A DNA stretch of 57,351 bases from Candidatus Limnocylindrales bacterium. GTDB taxonomy: Bacteria > Chloroflexota > Limnocylindria > Limnocylindrales > CSP1-4. A program made the position numbers and the translations under genes. Every line of letters begins with the position of its first letter. The stretch's first letter is position 1. The stretch spans positions 1 through 57,351 of the forward strand of contig DATBKB010000023.1 in the NCBI GenBank assembly GCA_036556145.1, given 5' to 3'. Shown one piece after another: positions 17,127 through 25,722 of the stretch. A model generated the notes under the pieces. It made no database searches. It was given only the letters and a program-made list of their open reading frames with translations, and was not told the origin of the DNA.

Positions 17127-17306
17127 TCAGCCGCCGATTCCGCCGAGGAGCGCAATGAGCCCGATCATCGCCACGAGCCCGGCGCCGAGGGCGCCGAAGA
17201 GATAGAGCCAGTGGGCGGCCGGGTTGACCGAGCGCATGTGCTCTTCACGGACGTCGTCCTCGGTGAGCGACGCCTCGCTCTTCCGGCGATCGCCGTCCTT
17301 GCTCAT
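17127..17306 (-). CDS. 59-aa membrane microprotein (acidic N-terminus, single C-terminal TM helix)
   Basis: MSKDGDRRKSEASLTEDDVREEHMRSVNPAAHWLYLFGALGAGLVAMIGLIALLGGIGG. The ATG overlaps the stop of the upstream gene as ATGA (17303-17306). It appears in the track only as the tail of a 482-aa shadow ORF. Confidence 0.5.
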   Translation of the reverse strand: MSKDGDRRKSEASLTEDDVREEHMRSVNPAAHWLYLFGALGAGLVAMIGLIALLGGIGG

Positions 17307-17653
17307 CGTCCGGCCTTCTCCTGCAACGCGTCGACCTTGGCCTCGATGCGGCGCAGCGCCGCCTCGCTGTCGTAGTCGGTGTCCGGCGACTCGTGGCTCT
17401 TGCGGTGGACGAGGAACGTCGTCAGGACGATGAAGACGAAGACCTGGAGGAACTCGGACTGCCAGTTCTCGAAGGTCGCCTGGGCCCAACTCCAGACGTA
17501 GCCATTCGGCCCGAAGGCCTCGGCCGTCTCGCCGTGGGCCTGCTGCTGGGCGACGAACTCGACCCAGCCGGTCCAGGTCTGGAGCGACCAGGACGCGAGG
17601 AACAGGACCAGCAGCGTGATGCTCAGGCCGTAGTCGCGCCACAGGCGTCTCAT
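17303..17653 (-). CDS. DUF6766-like small membrane protein
   Basis: 116 aa with two TM helices flanking a WxxW-rich loop (FENWQSEFLQV) and an acidic/coiled C-terminal tail. The family assignment is from memory. Confidence 0.65.
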   Translation of the reverse strand: MRRLWRDYGLSITLLVLFLASWSLQTWTGWVEFVAQQQAHGETAEAFGPNGYVWSWAQATFENWQSEFLQVFVFIVLTTFLVHRKSHESPDTDYDSEAALRRIEAKVDALQEKAGR

Positions 17654-17843
17654 CGGCCGAAGTCATGGAGGACGTCGGGCCCGTTCGTCCCGACCGAAGG
17701 CGGGTTTCGCCTAACAGCCGCGTGCCGAAGCGCCATGCCGGACGGCCGGCCTTGGTCCGTCCCGATGCGTGTAATGCGCTCGTGATGGCGGTGCGGCTTC
17801 GGACGCGACGAACGAACAGCGCCCCACCCGATGCTCTGTCCCG

Positions 17844-19070
17844 ATGGACGTCACCACCGGCTACGACCTGCTGTGTTTCTCGCACCTCCGCTGGAACTTC
17901 GTGTTCCAGCGGCCAAACCACCTGATGACCCGCGCGGCTCGGGACCGCCGGGTTTTCTTTATCGAGGAGCCCGTCCCCGGTCGCGAGGACGGCCTGGCGA
18001 TCGAGGTCCGGGACGGCGTCCACGTCGTGACCCCGATCCTCGCGCCCGACGGCGAGCCCGAGCCGCGGCTCGCGGCGCTGGCCGACAGGCTCGTCGACGA
18101 GCAGGCCATTCGCCGCCCGATCCTCTGGTACGAGACGCCGATGGCCCTCGGCTGGACGCGGCACCTCGACCGCGCCCTCGTCGTGTACGACTGCATGGAC
18201 CAGCTGAGCGCGTTCGAGCAGGCGCCGCTCGAGCTGCTCGCGCGTGAGGCTGAGCTCCTCTCGATCGCCGACTTGGTGTTCACCGGCGGCGACAGCCTGT
18301 ACGAGGCGAAGCGCTCGATGCACCCGGCCGTCCACGCCTTCCCGAGCGCCGTCGATGTGCGCCACTTCCGCGCGGCGCGGGTCGGTCCGTCGGAGCCCCA
18401 GGACCAGGCCGGGCTGCCGCACCCACGTATCGGCTGGTTCGGCGTCATCGACGAGCGGATGGACCTCGAGCTCGTCGAGGGGTTGGCCGAGGCGCGACCG
18501 GACTGGTCGATCGTCATGGTCGGGCCGGTCGTGAAGATCGACCCGACGGCCCTTCCCCGCCGCGACAACCTCCACTGGCTCGGCCAGCGCAGCTACGAGG
18601 AGCTGCCCGCCTACCTGGCCGGATGGGACGTCGCCGTCATGCCGTTCGCCCGGAATCGGGCGACCCGATACATCAGCCCGACGAAGACGCCCGAGTACCT
18701 CGCGGGTGGCCGGCCCGTGGTGTCGACCTCGGTCGCGGACGTCGTGCGCCCGTACGGCGAGCTCGGGCTGGCACGGATCGCCGACGACGTCGAGGGCTTC
18801 GTCGCGGCCTGCGAGGCGGCGATCGCCGAACCGGCCGCGGCGCGCATCCGCAAGGCCGACGACTTCCTCGCCCGGATCTCGTGGGACGAAACCTGGAAGC
18901 GCATGGACGGGCTGATCCGCAAGGCCCTCCGTCCGGCCACGAGATCGCGCGTGCCGGTCGTCTCCGTGCCAGCCGCCGCGGGCACGGTGGCGCGGGCCGC
19001 CGCGAGCGTCGCCTCGACGATGTCGACCGTCTCGAGCGCATCGGCTGTCGCGTCGAGGACCGCCGAGTGA
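17844..19070 (+). CDS. Glycosyltransferase (GT-B fold, GT1/GT4-like) coupled to glf
   Basis: 408 aa. N-terminal FSHLRWNFVFQRPNHL and a C-terminal region with the ...SPTKTPEYLAGGRPVVST... pattern of GT-B retaining transferases. The stop overlaps the GTG start of glf. Confidence 0.8.
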   Translation: MDVTTGYDLLCFSHLRWNFVFQRPNHLMTRAARDRRVFFIEEPVPGREDGLAIEVRDGVHVVTPILAPDGEPEPRLAALADRLVDEQAIRRPILWYETPMALGWTRHLDRALVVYDCMDQLSAFEQAPLELLAREAELLSIADLVFTGGDSLYEAKRSMHPAVHAFPSAVDVRHFRAARVGPSEPQDQAGLPHPRIGWFGVIDERMDLELVEGLAEARPDWSIVMVGPVVKIDPTALPRRDNLHWLGQRSYEELPAYLAGWDVAVMPFARNRATRYISPTKTPEYLAGGRPVVSTSVADVVRPYGELGLARIADDVEGFVAACEAAIAEPAAARIRKADDFLARISWDETWKRMDGLIRKALRPATRSRVPVVSVPAAAGTVARAAASVASTMSTVSSASAVASRTAE

Positions 19071-20182
19071 CGTACGACCGCGTCATCGTCGGCGCCGGAT
19101 TCGCCGGCAGCGTCCTCGCCGAGCGCCTCGCGTCGGAAGCGGGCGAGCGCGTGCTCGTCATTGACCGGCGCTCGCACATCGGCGGCAACGCGTACGACGA
19201 GCTCGACGACGCCGGCGTCCTCGTCCACCGCTACGGGCCGCACATCTTCCACACGAACTCGGACGCGATCTGGGAGTACCTGTCGCGGTTCACGGCGTGG
19301 CGACCGTACGAGCATCGGGTCCTCGCCTGCGTCGACGACCGCCTCGTGCCGATCCCGATCAACCGGACGACCGTCAACCGGCTGTACGGGCTGTCGCTCC
19401 GGTCCGAGGACGAGGTCGCCGCCTTCTACGAGTCGCGCGCGGAACCGCGGACGCCGGCACGGACCTCCGAGGACGTCGTCGTCTCGAAGGTCGGCCGCGA
19501 GCTTTACGAGAAGTTCTTTCGCGGCTACACCCGCAAGCAGTGGAGCCTCGACCCGAGCCAGCTCGACGCATCGGTGACGTCCCGCGTCCCGACGCGGACG
19601 AACGACGACGATCGCTACTTCACCGATCGCCACCAGGCGATGCCGCTTCACGGCTACACCGCGATGTTCGAGCGGATGCTCGATCACCCGCTGATCGACG
19701 TGCGGCTCGACCAGCCCTTCGAGGAGCTGCCGCCGACGCTCCGCTACCGGTCGCTCGTCTACACCGGGCCGGTCGACACGTTCTTCGGGCGGCGGTTCGG
19801 ACCGCTGCCGTATCGCTCGCTCGAGTTCCGGTTCGAGACGCATCCCGTCGAGCGGTTCCAGGCGACCGCGACGATCAACTACCCCGACGAAGGGGTGCCG
19901 TACACCCGCATCACCGAGTTCAAGCAGCTGACCGGCCAGCGACACGATTCGACGACGGTCGTGTACGAGTACCCCCGCGCCGACGGCGATCCCTACTACC
20001 CCATCCCCCGCCGCGAAACCGCCGAGACGTACGAGCGATACAAGGCGCTCGCCGACGCCACGGATGACACGGTGTTCGTCGGCCGGCTCGCGACCTATCG
20101 CTACTACAACATGGACCAGGTGGTCGGCCAGGCGCTCGCGACTTTCAACCGGATCGCCGGCGCCTCGACCCGGGTCGCATGA
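19067..20182 (+). CDS. glf: UDP-galactopyranose mutase
   Basis: 371 aa from GTG 19067. It has an FAD Rossmann motif (VIVGAGFAGSVLAERLA) and HIGGNAY, YGPHIFHT, FRGYTRKQW, YPxxxGxPYYPI and GRLATYRYYNMDQ motifs typical of Glf. Confidence 0.93.
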   Translation: MTYDRVIVGAGFAGSVLAERLASEAGERVLVIDRRSHIGGNAYDELDDAGVLVHRYGPHIFHTNSDAIWEYLSRFTAWRPYEHRVLACVDDRLVPIPINRTTVNRLYGLSLRSEDEVAAFYESRAEPRTPARTSEDVVVSKVGRELYEKFFRGYTRKQWSLDPSQLDASVTSRVPTRTNDDDRYFTDRHQAMPLHGYTAMFERMLDHPLIDVRLDQPFEELPPTLRYRSLVYTGPVDTFFGRRFGPLPYRSLEFRFETHPVERFQATATINYPDEGVPYTRITEFKQLTGQRHDSTTVVYEYPRADGDPYYPIPRRETAETYERYKALADATDDTVFVGRLATYRYYNMDQVVGQALATFNRIAGASTRVA

Positions 20183-20304
20183 CGACCGACCTGACCGGCC
20201 TCCCGGCCGTGTGGGCCGGCGGCACGACCGACCGGCGGGCCTGGTTCCGCGAGGCCTGGGCCGCCGCGTGCCGGGCGCGGCTCGCGTACCCGGCGGCCTG
20301 ACCG

Positions 20305-21213
20305 ATGCGCGTCGGCATCATCGTTCCCCAGGGCTGGACCGGCGAGTACGCCGGGTTCGAGCCGCGCGCCGCGTGGGACCGCACGCTCGAGGTCGCCCTC
20401 GCGGCGGAGGAGCTCGGCTTCGACTCGATCTGGCTGTTCGACCACTTCCACACGACCCCCGACCCGACGGACGAACTGACGTTCGAGTCGCTCACGTCGC
20501 TGTCTGCCCTCGCCGCCCGGACCCGCCGCGTCCGCCTCGGCCAGATCGTCGGGAGCGCGGCGTATCGCAACCCGGCCCTGCTCGCGAAGATGATCTCGAC
20601 GCTCGACACGATCAGCGACGGGCGGATGGAGCTCGGTCTCGGCGCGGGCTGGAAGCAGGAGGAGTTCGAGGCCTACGGGTATCCATTCCTGCCGCTGCGC
20701 GAGCGACTCGATGCGCTCGGCGACACGCTCGAGGTCGTCACCCGGATGCTGGCTCCGGGCCGCGCGACGTACGAGGGCCGTCATGCCCGCGTGCGCGGGG
20801 CCATCAATCTTCCGAAGCCCATCCAGCGACCTCGCGTACCGATCCTCGTCGGCGGCAACGGTCGGGAGCGAACGTGGCGACTGGCGGCGCGCTACGCCGA
20901 CGAGCTGAACCTCGACGCGATGCCGCCCGAGGAGCTACCGGAGGCGTTGTCGGTCATCGCCGCCCGCTGCGAGGAGATCGACCGCGACCCGGCGACACTC
21001 CGCGTGTCCGTCCACGTCTGGTGGGAGCAGCTCGCGAAGGCGCCCTCCCGGGCGGCACTGCTCGCCGCGTACCGCGAGGCCGGCGCGTCGCGAATCATGA
21101 CGCTCGTCCGCGACGCCGCGCGCGATCCCGCCGCGCTCGAGTCGTTTCGCGACGACGCGGTCCTTGCCGGCGCGGAGCTCGCGGGCGAGGTCCTGGCCGC
21201 GCGGGCGATCTGA
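20305..21213 (+). CDS. Luciferase-like monooxygenase (LLM) family oxidoreductase, probably F420-dependent class
   Basis: 302 aa with a TIM-barrel LLM pattern (FDSIWLFDHF, RVRLGQIV, LGLGAGW..EEF.AYG, PILVGGNG). Confidence 0.85.
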   Translation: MRVGIIVPQGWTGEYAGFEPRAAWDRTLEVALAAEELGFDSIWLFDHFHTTPDPTDELTFESLTSLSALAARTRRVRLGQIVGSAAYRNPALLAKMISTLDTISDGRMELGLGAGWKQEEFEAYGYPFLPLRERLDALGDTLEVVTRMLAPGRATYEGRHARVRGAINLPKPIQRPRVPILVGGNGRERTWRLAARYADELNLDAMPPEELPEALSVIAARCEEIDRDPATLRVSVHVWWEQLAKAPSRAALLAAYREAGASRIMTLVRDAARDPAALESFRDDAVLAGAELAGEVLAARAI

Positions 21214-21315
21214 AACGCGCGCGCAATCCTCCCGGCGCGCGTCCCGCGGCGTCCGTGCAGCCGCGTGGGATCTGCTTGTCGACGACCGTTCGAATGCCCC
21301 TGCCCGGAGGACGAG

Positions 21316-21780
21316 ATGGACGCGCTGAAGTTGCTCAAGACCGACCACGACAAGGTGAAGAAGCTCCTCACCCAGCTCGAGAAGACGACCGAGCGAGGCG
21401 TGAAGACCCGCCAGGAGCTCTTCTCGACGATCAAGGGTGAGCTGACCGTCCACGAGATCATCGAGGAGGAGATCTTCTATCCCGAGCTGAAGAGCCACCC
21501 GCGGGCCAAGGAGATCGTCCTCGAGGCGTACGAGGAGCACAACGTCGTCGACACCCTCATGAGCGAGCTCGAGAGCCTGCCCGTCGACGATGAGACGTGG
21601 GGCGCGAAGGCCAAGGTCATGAAGGAGAACATCGAGCACCACATCGAGGAAGAAGAGGGCGACATGTTCAAGAAGGCGCGCCAGGTCTTCGATGCGGCGG
21701 AGATGGAGGACCTCGGCACGCGCATGGAGCAGCGCAAGAAGTCGGCGATGCAGCAGGTCGGCGTCGCGCGGAGTCGCTGA
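21316..21780 (+). CDS. Hemerythrin HHE cation-binding domain protein
   Basis: 154 aa. GGAGGACGAG lies before ATG 21316. H..EE..FYP, H..EE and HIEEEE motifs are spaced as in hemerythrin-like four-helix bundles. Confidence 0.85.
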   Translation: MDALKLLKTDHDKVKKLLTQLEKTTERGVKTRQELFSTIKGELTVHEIIEEEIFYPELKSHPRAKEIVLEAYEEHNVVDTLMSELESLPVDDETWGAKAKVMKENIEHHIEEEEGDMFKKARQVFDAAEMEDLGTRMEQRKKSAMQQVGVARSR

Positions 21781-21788
21781 CCCGATGG

Positions 21789-22361
21789 TCAGGCCGTCGC
21801 GGTCACCATCGCACGCCGCATGATCGTCGCGTAGGTCCCCGGGTTCGGGCCGGGTTCGATGTGGAACTCGATCGGCCACTCGGACCCGTCGGGTCGCCGC
21901 ACGATCGCGGTGGAGTCCATCCGTCCGGTGTCGCGCAGCAGCGCGAGCAGCCGGCGTCCGACTTCGGCGTCGGGTTCGTGGCGGGTGAAGTCGCCGGCGT
22001 GGCCGGCGAGGATCTCCTGTCGTGAGACCCCGAACAGCTCGGCGGCGCTCTCGTCGGCGTCGAGATAGCGGCCCTCGGCGTCGATGACGGTCCGCGGCAG
22101 GTCGGGCTCGAGCCACCACGCTTCGTCCGCGGGGCGGGGCAGGATGCGCCCGTCGCGATAGGCGTACCACCTCGCGACCGGCTCGATGCCGGCGAGGACG
22201 CTCGCGCGACGCACGACCGCTTCCGGGTAGGCGTCGCGGATCGCCGCCTGGATCCGGGACTCCGACCAGCCGCCGATGCGCTGACGGGCCGCTTCGACGT
22301 GGGCCCGGAACGCGAGATCGTCGTGTGGGAACGTGAGGAGCTGGACCGGCACGGGTATCAC
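21789..22361 (-). CDS. Stand-alone PAS-like sensor protein, paralogue of the N-terminus of the 6145-7413 regulator
   Basis: 190 aa. The segments LTFPHDDLAF, WYAYRDGRILP...EAWWLEPD and a PAS-like core (IDAEGRYLDADESAAELFGVSRQEI...PDGSEWPIEFH) are colinear with residues 1-180 of the Crp-type regulator. Confidence 0.65.
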   Translation of the reverse strand: MIPVPVQLLTFPHDDLAFRAHVEAARQRIGGWSESRIQAAIRDAYPEAVVRRASVLAGIEPVARWYAYRDGRILPRPADEAWWLEPDLPRTVIDAEGRYLDADESAAELFGVSRQEILAGHAGDFTRHEPDAEVGRRLLALLRDTGRMDSTAIVRRPDGSEWPIEFHIEPGPNPGTYATIMRRAMVTATA

Positions 22362-22435
22362 CGCCTTCTCCGCCTTCCCGCCGAAGAGCGGTCCACTCTA
22401 GCGGGCCGCTCGCCGGCTGACAAAGCAGAGCCGGC

Positions 22436-22468
22436 GGGGCCGGCGGCGCGGAATGCGCCGCCGGCCCC
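22436..22468 (-). terminator. GC hairpin downstream of the small secreted-protein gene
   Basis: GGGGCCGGCGGCGC-ggaat-GCGCCGCCGGCCCC forms a perfect 14-bp stem, 14 nt after the stop at 22482. On the minus strand it is followed by ...CTGCTTTGTC. Confidence 0.55.
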
Positions 22469-22481
22469 GTGTCGGGATCGC

Positions 22482-22781
22482 CTAGCCCGAGCTGGCGTCC
22501 GACTCGGTGTCGGCCTGCTCGTCCGGGCAGTCGTGGCCCTGGCGACCCGTGTCGGGATTCGCCGATGGGTCCGGGCTGGTGGTGCCGTCGTCGGATGGCG
22601 TGGTCTCGGTGCTCGGCGTGGTGGACGCCGACGGATCCGGGCTCGCCGCGGACACCGCGGCGACGCCGCCGCCGATGAGCAGCATGCCGGCGATCGCCGC
22701 CGTCATCACGCCGCGCCGCAGTCCGCCGACCGTCCGGTCGGTGGCGAGGGGCGGCAGCGGCGGGTCTTGACTCCAGTCCAT
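22482..22781 (-). CDS. Small membrane-anchored/secreted low-complexity acidic Ser/Thr/Pro-rich protein
   Basis: 99 aa from ATG 22781: MDWSQDPPLPPLATDRTVGGLRRGVMTAAIAGMLLIGGGVAAVSAASPDPSASTTPSTETTPSDD...CPDEQADTESDASSG. One hydrophobic helix is followed by a disordered acidic tail. No family was recognised. Confidence 0.4.
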   Translation of the reverse strand: MDWSQDPPLPPLATDRTVGGLRRGVMTAAIAGMLLIGGGVAAVSAASPDPSASTTPSTETTPSDDGTTSPDPSANPDTGRQGHDCPDEQADTESDASSG

Positions 22782-22863
22782 GGCATTGACCTCCTCTGCG
22801 TGCTGTCCCTTCCTCGCCGACGATCCTCGGGAGCAGCCCTGAGAGGAGCCTGAGAGAGCTCGG

Positions 22864-24927
22864 TCAGTCGTGCTCTTCGCGCCGGTACGGAACGCCGACA
22901 ACGACGGTGTGCGGGCGACCCAGCAGCGCCGTGCGCAGACGCTTCGCCGACTGGTTGTAGAGCAGGCGCTCCCACCACGATCGGGCGACGTATTCCGGGA
23001 TGACGACGAACGTGATCGGCTCCTCGCGATCCTCGGGCCAGGCCTTGTCGAGCACGTCGAGATACGCGACGAGCGGACCGACGAGCGCCCGGTACGGCGA
23101 CTCGACGACGACGAGTGGCACACCCGGCAGCTGCTTCTCCCAGCGCTCGCGGACCCTCGTCGCCTCGTCGGGCTCGTCGGAGACGAGAACGGCGACGACA
23201 TCGTCGGCGATCGAACGAGCCACGTTGACCGCCTGGACGACCGCGCGGTTGATCCCCGGCACGGGCACGATGGCCCGCTCCTCGCGCTGCGGCGGCGGAA
23301 TGACCACCTCAGGCCGGACGGCGAGCTTCTCGGCCGAGGCCTGGTAGTGGTGGTGGATGAACGCCATCATCGCGACGAGCAGCGGCACGACGATCGCGAC
23401 GAGCAGCGACTCCGGCGCCTTGGCAACGGTGACGACGACGGCGACGATGGCCGTGAGGGCCATGCCGAAGCCGTTGATGCCGATCCGCCACCGCCAGCCC
23501 CGGCCGCGCTCTCGAAGCCAGTGGACGACCATGCCGCCCTGGCTGATCGTGAACGAGACGAACACCCCGACCGAGTAGAGCGGGATGAGCGCGTGGGTGT
23601 CGCCGCCGAAGAGGACGAGCAGACCGGCGGCCACGGTGCTGAGGATCACGATCCCGAGGGTGAACGCGAGCCGATCGCCGCGGAAGCTGAACTGGCGCGG
23701 CATGTAGCCATCGCGGGCGAGGATCGCGGCCAGGCGCGGGAAGGCGTTGAAGCTCGTGTTCGCGGCGAGAAAGAGGATCAGCGCGGTGAACGCCTGAAAC
23801 AGGTAGAAGCCGATCGAGGCGTCGCCATAGACGGTCGCGGCGACCTGGCTGACGACGGTCTTCTTCGTCGGCTCGTCGATCGGGACGATGCCGAAGCTCC
23901 CCGCGACGAACGTGATGCCGACGAAGAGGATGCCGAGGAGCGCGGCCATCGCGACGAGGGTGGCCGCGGCGTTCTTCGCCTCGGGCGGCTTGAAGGCCGT
24001 GACGCCGTTGGCGATCGCCTCCGTTCCGGTCAGCGCCACGGATCCGGAAGCGAAGGCACGAAGAATCAAGAGGATCGCGAGCGGCTCGAGCGGGTTGGGC
24101 GCTCCCGGCAACGGGCTCGGCGGCGGCGCGCCCTCCCCCATCGCCACCCTGGCGGTCCCCAGCCCGATCATCAGCAGCGCCGAGCCGACAAACAGGTAGG
24201 TCGGCAGCGCGAAGATGTTCCCCGACTCGCGCAGCCCGCGGAGGTTGCCGATCGTGATGAGGACGATCGCCGCGACGCCGATCTCGACACGGATGTCGAA
24301 GAGGCCGGGCACCGCGGAGCTGATCTGTTCCACGGCCGACGCGGTCGACACCGCGACCGTCATGACGTAGTCGACGAGCAGCGCCGCGGCCGCGACGAGC
24401 GAGGCGACCCGCGGCAGGTTCGCGCGGGCGACCGCGTAGGCCCCGCCCCCCGACGGGTACGCGAGGCAGATCTCGCGATAGCTCGTGGCGACGACGGCGA
24501 GCAGGATGGCGATCGCGATCGAGACCGGGAGGCCGAACGCGAGCGCGCCCACGCCGGCGAGGACGAGGACCCGGAGGATCTCCTCCGTGGCGTACGCCGA
24601 CGACGAGATCGCGTCCGAGCTGAAGATCGCCAGCGCCTTCTTCTTCGAGAGCCGCTCCTCGATATCGGCGTGAATCGAGAGCGGGCGCCCGAACAGGACC
24701 GCCCGGACACGGGCGAGCCCCCGGCCGAGCGCGGTCGTCGGCTGGCTCGCGGCCTCGCGGGCGACGAGCTGGCCCGGCCCGGCGTACCGGAAGTACGGCG
24801 CGTACGGCCGCTCGACCCTGACCCGCCGATCGCCGGCCTTGCGGCCCTTGAGCGCGCGGCGCCCCTCGGTCACTCGCGCCGCGGTCCAACGACCGTGGCG
24901 AGCGGCCCGGCCGCGCCGGGCTCGCAC
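22864..24927 (-). CDS. APC-superfamily permease with long C-terminal cytoplasmic extension
   Basis: 687 aa with about 12 TM helices carrying the N-terminal APC signature (AIFSSDAISSSAYATEEIL, YPSGGGAYAVA), then about 190 soluble C-terminal residues. Confidence 0.85.
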   Translation of the reverse strand: MRARRGRAARHGRWTAARVTEGRRALKGRKAGDRRVRVERPYAPYFRYAGPGQLVAREAASQPTTALGRGLARVRAVLFGRPLSIHADIEERLSKKKALAIFSSDAISSSAYATEEILRVLVLAGVGALAFGLPVSIAIAILLAVVATSYREICLAYPSGGGAYAVARANLPRVASLVAAAALLVDYVMTVAVSTASAVEQISSAVPGLFDIRVEIGVAAIVLITIGNLRGLRESGNIFALPTYLFVGSALLMIGLGTARVAMGEGAPPPSPLPGAPNPLEPLAILLILRAFASGSVALTGTEAIANGVTAFKPPEAKNAAATLVAMAALLGILFVGITFVAGSFGIVPIDEPTKKTVVSQVAATVYGDASIGFYLFQAFTALILFLAANTSFNAFPRLAAILARDGYMPRQFSFRGDRLAFTLGIVILSTVAAGLLVLFGGDTHALIPLYSVGVFVSFTISQGGMVVHWLRERGRGWRWRIGINGFGMALTAIVAVVVTVAKAPESLLVAIVVPLLVAMMAFIHHHYQASAEKLAVRPEVVIPPPQREERAIVPVPGINRAVVQAVNVARSIADDVVAVLVSDEPDEATRVRERWEKQLPGVPLVVVESPYRALVGPLVAYLDVLDKAWPEDREEPITFVVIPEYVARSWWERLLYNQSAKRLRTALLGRPHTVVVGVPYRREEHD

Positions 24928-25020
24928 ACGCCGACGTCGTCGGGCCGACGGAGCCGGCAGGACGCCTTCATCTCGCGAGCATACGCCGCGGCCGGGGATG
25001 AGGAGCCGACATGGCCCGCC

Positions 25021-25722
25021 TCAGCCCAGGGCCAGCCGGGCGAACGACGCCATGTCCGGCACGGCGACATCGGGCGTCGCCTCGGCGGGCGGTGTCGCGC
25101 CGAACCCGGCCCGACCGCGGCGACGATCGATCCACGCGGTCGCCAGGCCGAGCCGCCGCGCCGGCACGTGATCGTGGAACAGGCTCTGGGCGACGTGGAG
25201 GATCCGCTCCCGGGGCAGTCCGATCCGATCGAGCGCCGCCTCGAAGTTGCGTGGATCCGGCTTGTACGACCCGACCTGCTCGGCCGTCACGACCCAGTCG
25301 AACGTCACGCCCAGACGTCGGTTCGACGCGGCGAACAGGTCGTCGTCGCAGTTCGTGATGACGCCCAGCCGATAGCGATTCGCGAGCACCCCAAGCGCCT
25401 CGGCGGAATCGGGAAAGGCCGGCCACTCCCCGACCGAGCCGCCGAACGCGGCCGCGGCCTCGTCGTCGACCGCGACGCCGAGCTCGCGTCCGACCTGCCG
25501 CATCGCCTCGGCGAGGACCTCGCGATAGCGCCGGTACGGGCCTGCCTCGAGGGCCGCCTCTGCTCGCGCGTACGACTCGAGGATCGCGTCGTCCGGCACA
25601 CCGGCGACGCCGCGACCGAGGACGCGGCGGATCGCGGCAAGGATCCCCGCCTCCCAGTCGATGAGCGTGCCGTAGCAGTCGAACGTCAGCGCCTCGAAGC
25701 GGCCGAAGTCGAGCTCGTTCAC
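25021..25722 (-). CDS. HAD-superfamily hydrolase (haloacid dehalogenase type II-like)
   Basis: 233 aa with motif I FDCYGTLID, motif II ITN and motif III SYKPD, plus distal Asp residues. The GTG start overlaps the FGGY kinase stop (GTGA). Confidence 0.88.
   Translation of the reverse strand: MNELDFGRFEALTFDCYGTLIDWEAGILAAIRRVLGRGVAGVPDDAILESYARAEAALEAGPYRRYREVLAEAMRQVGRELGVAVDDEAAAAFGGSVGEWPAFPDSAEALGVLANRYRLGVITNCDDDLFAASNRRLGVTFDWVVTAEQVGSYKPDPRNFEAALDRIGLPRERILHVAQSLFHDHVPARRLGLATAWIDRRRGRAGFGATPPAEATPDVAVPDMASFARLALG

Noticed and set aside
21316-21780. Locally lower GC of the hemerythrin gene (and of the sugar-binding protein gene 35830-37212) as a sign of horizontal transfer
   Set aside because: Third codon positions remain strongly G/C-biased. 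The lower GC is explained by Lys/Glu/Asp/Ile-rich amino-acid composition rather than by foreign codon usage.
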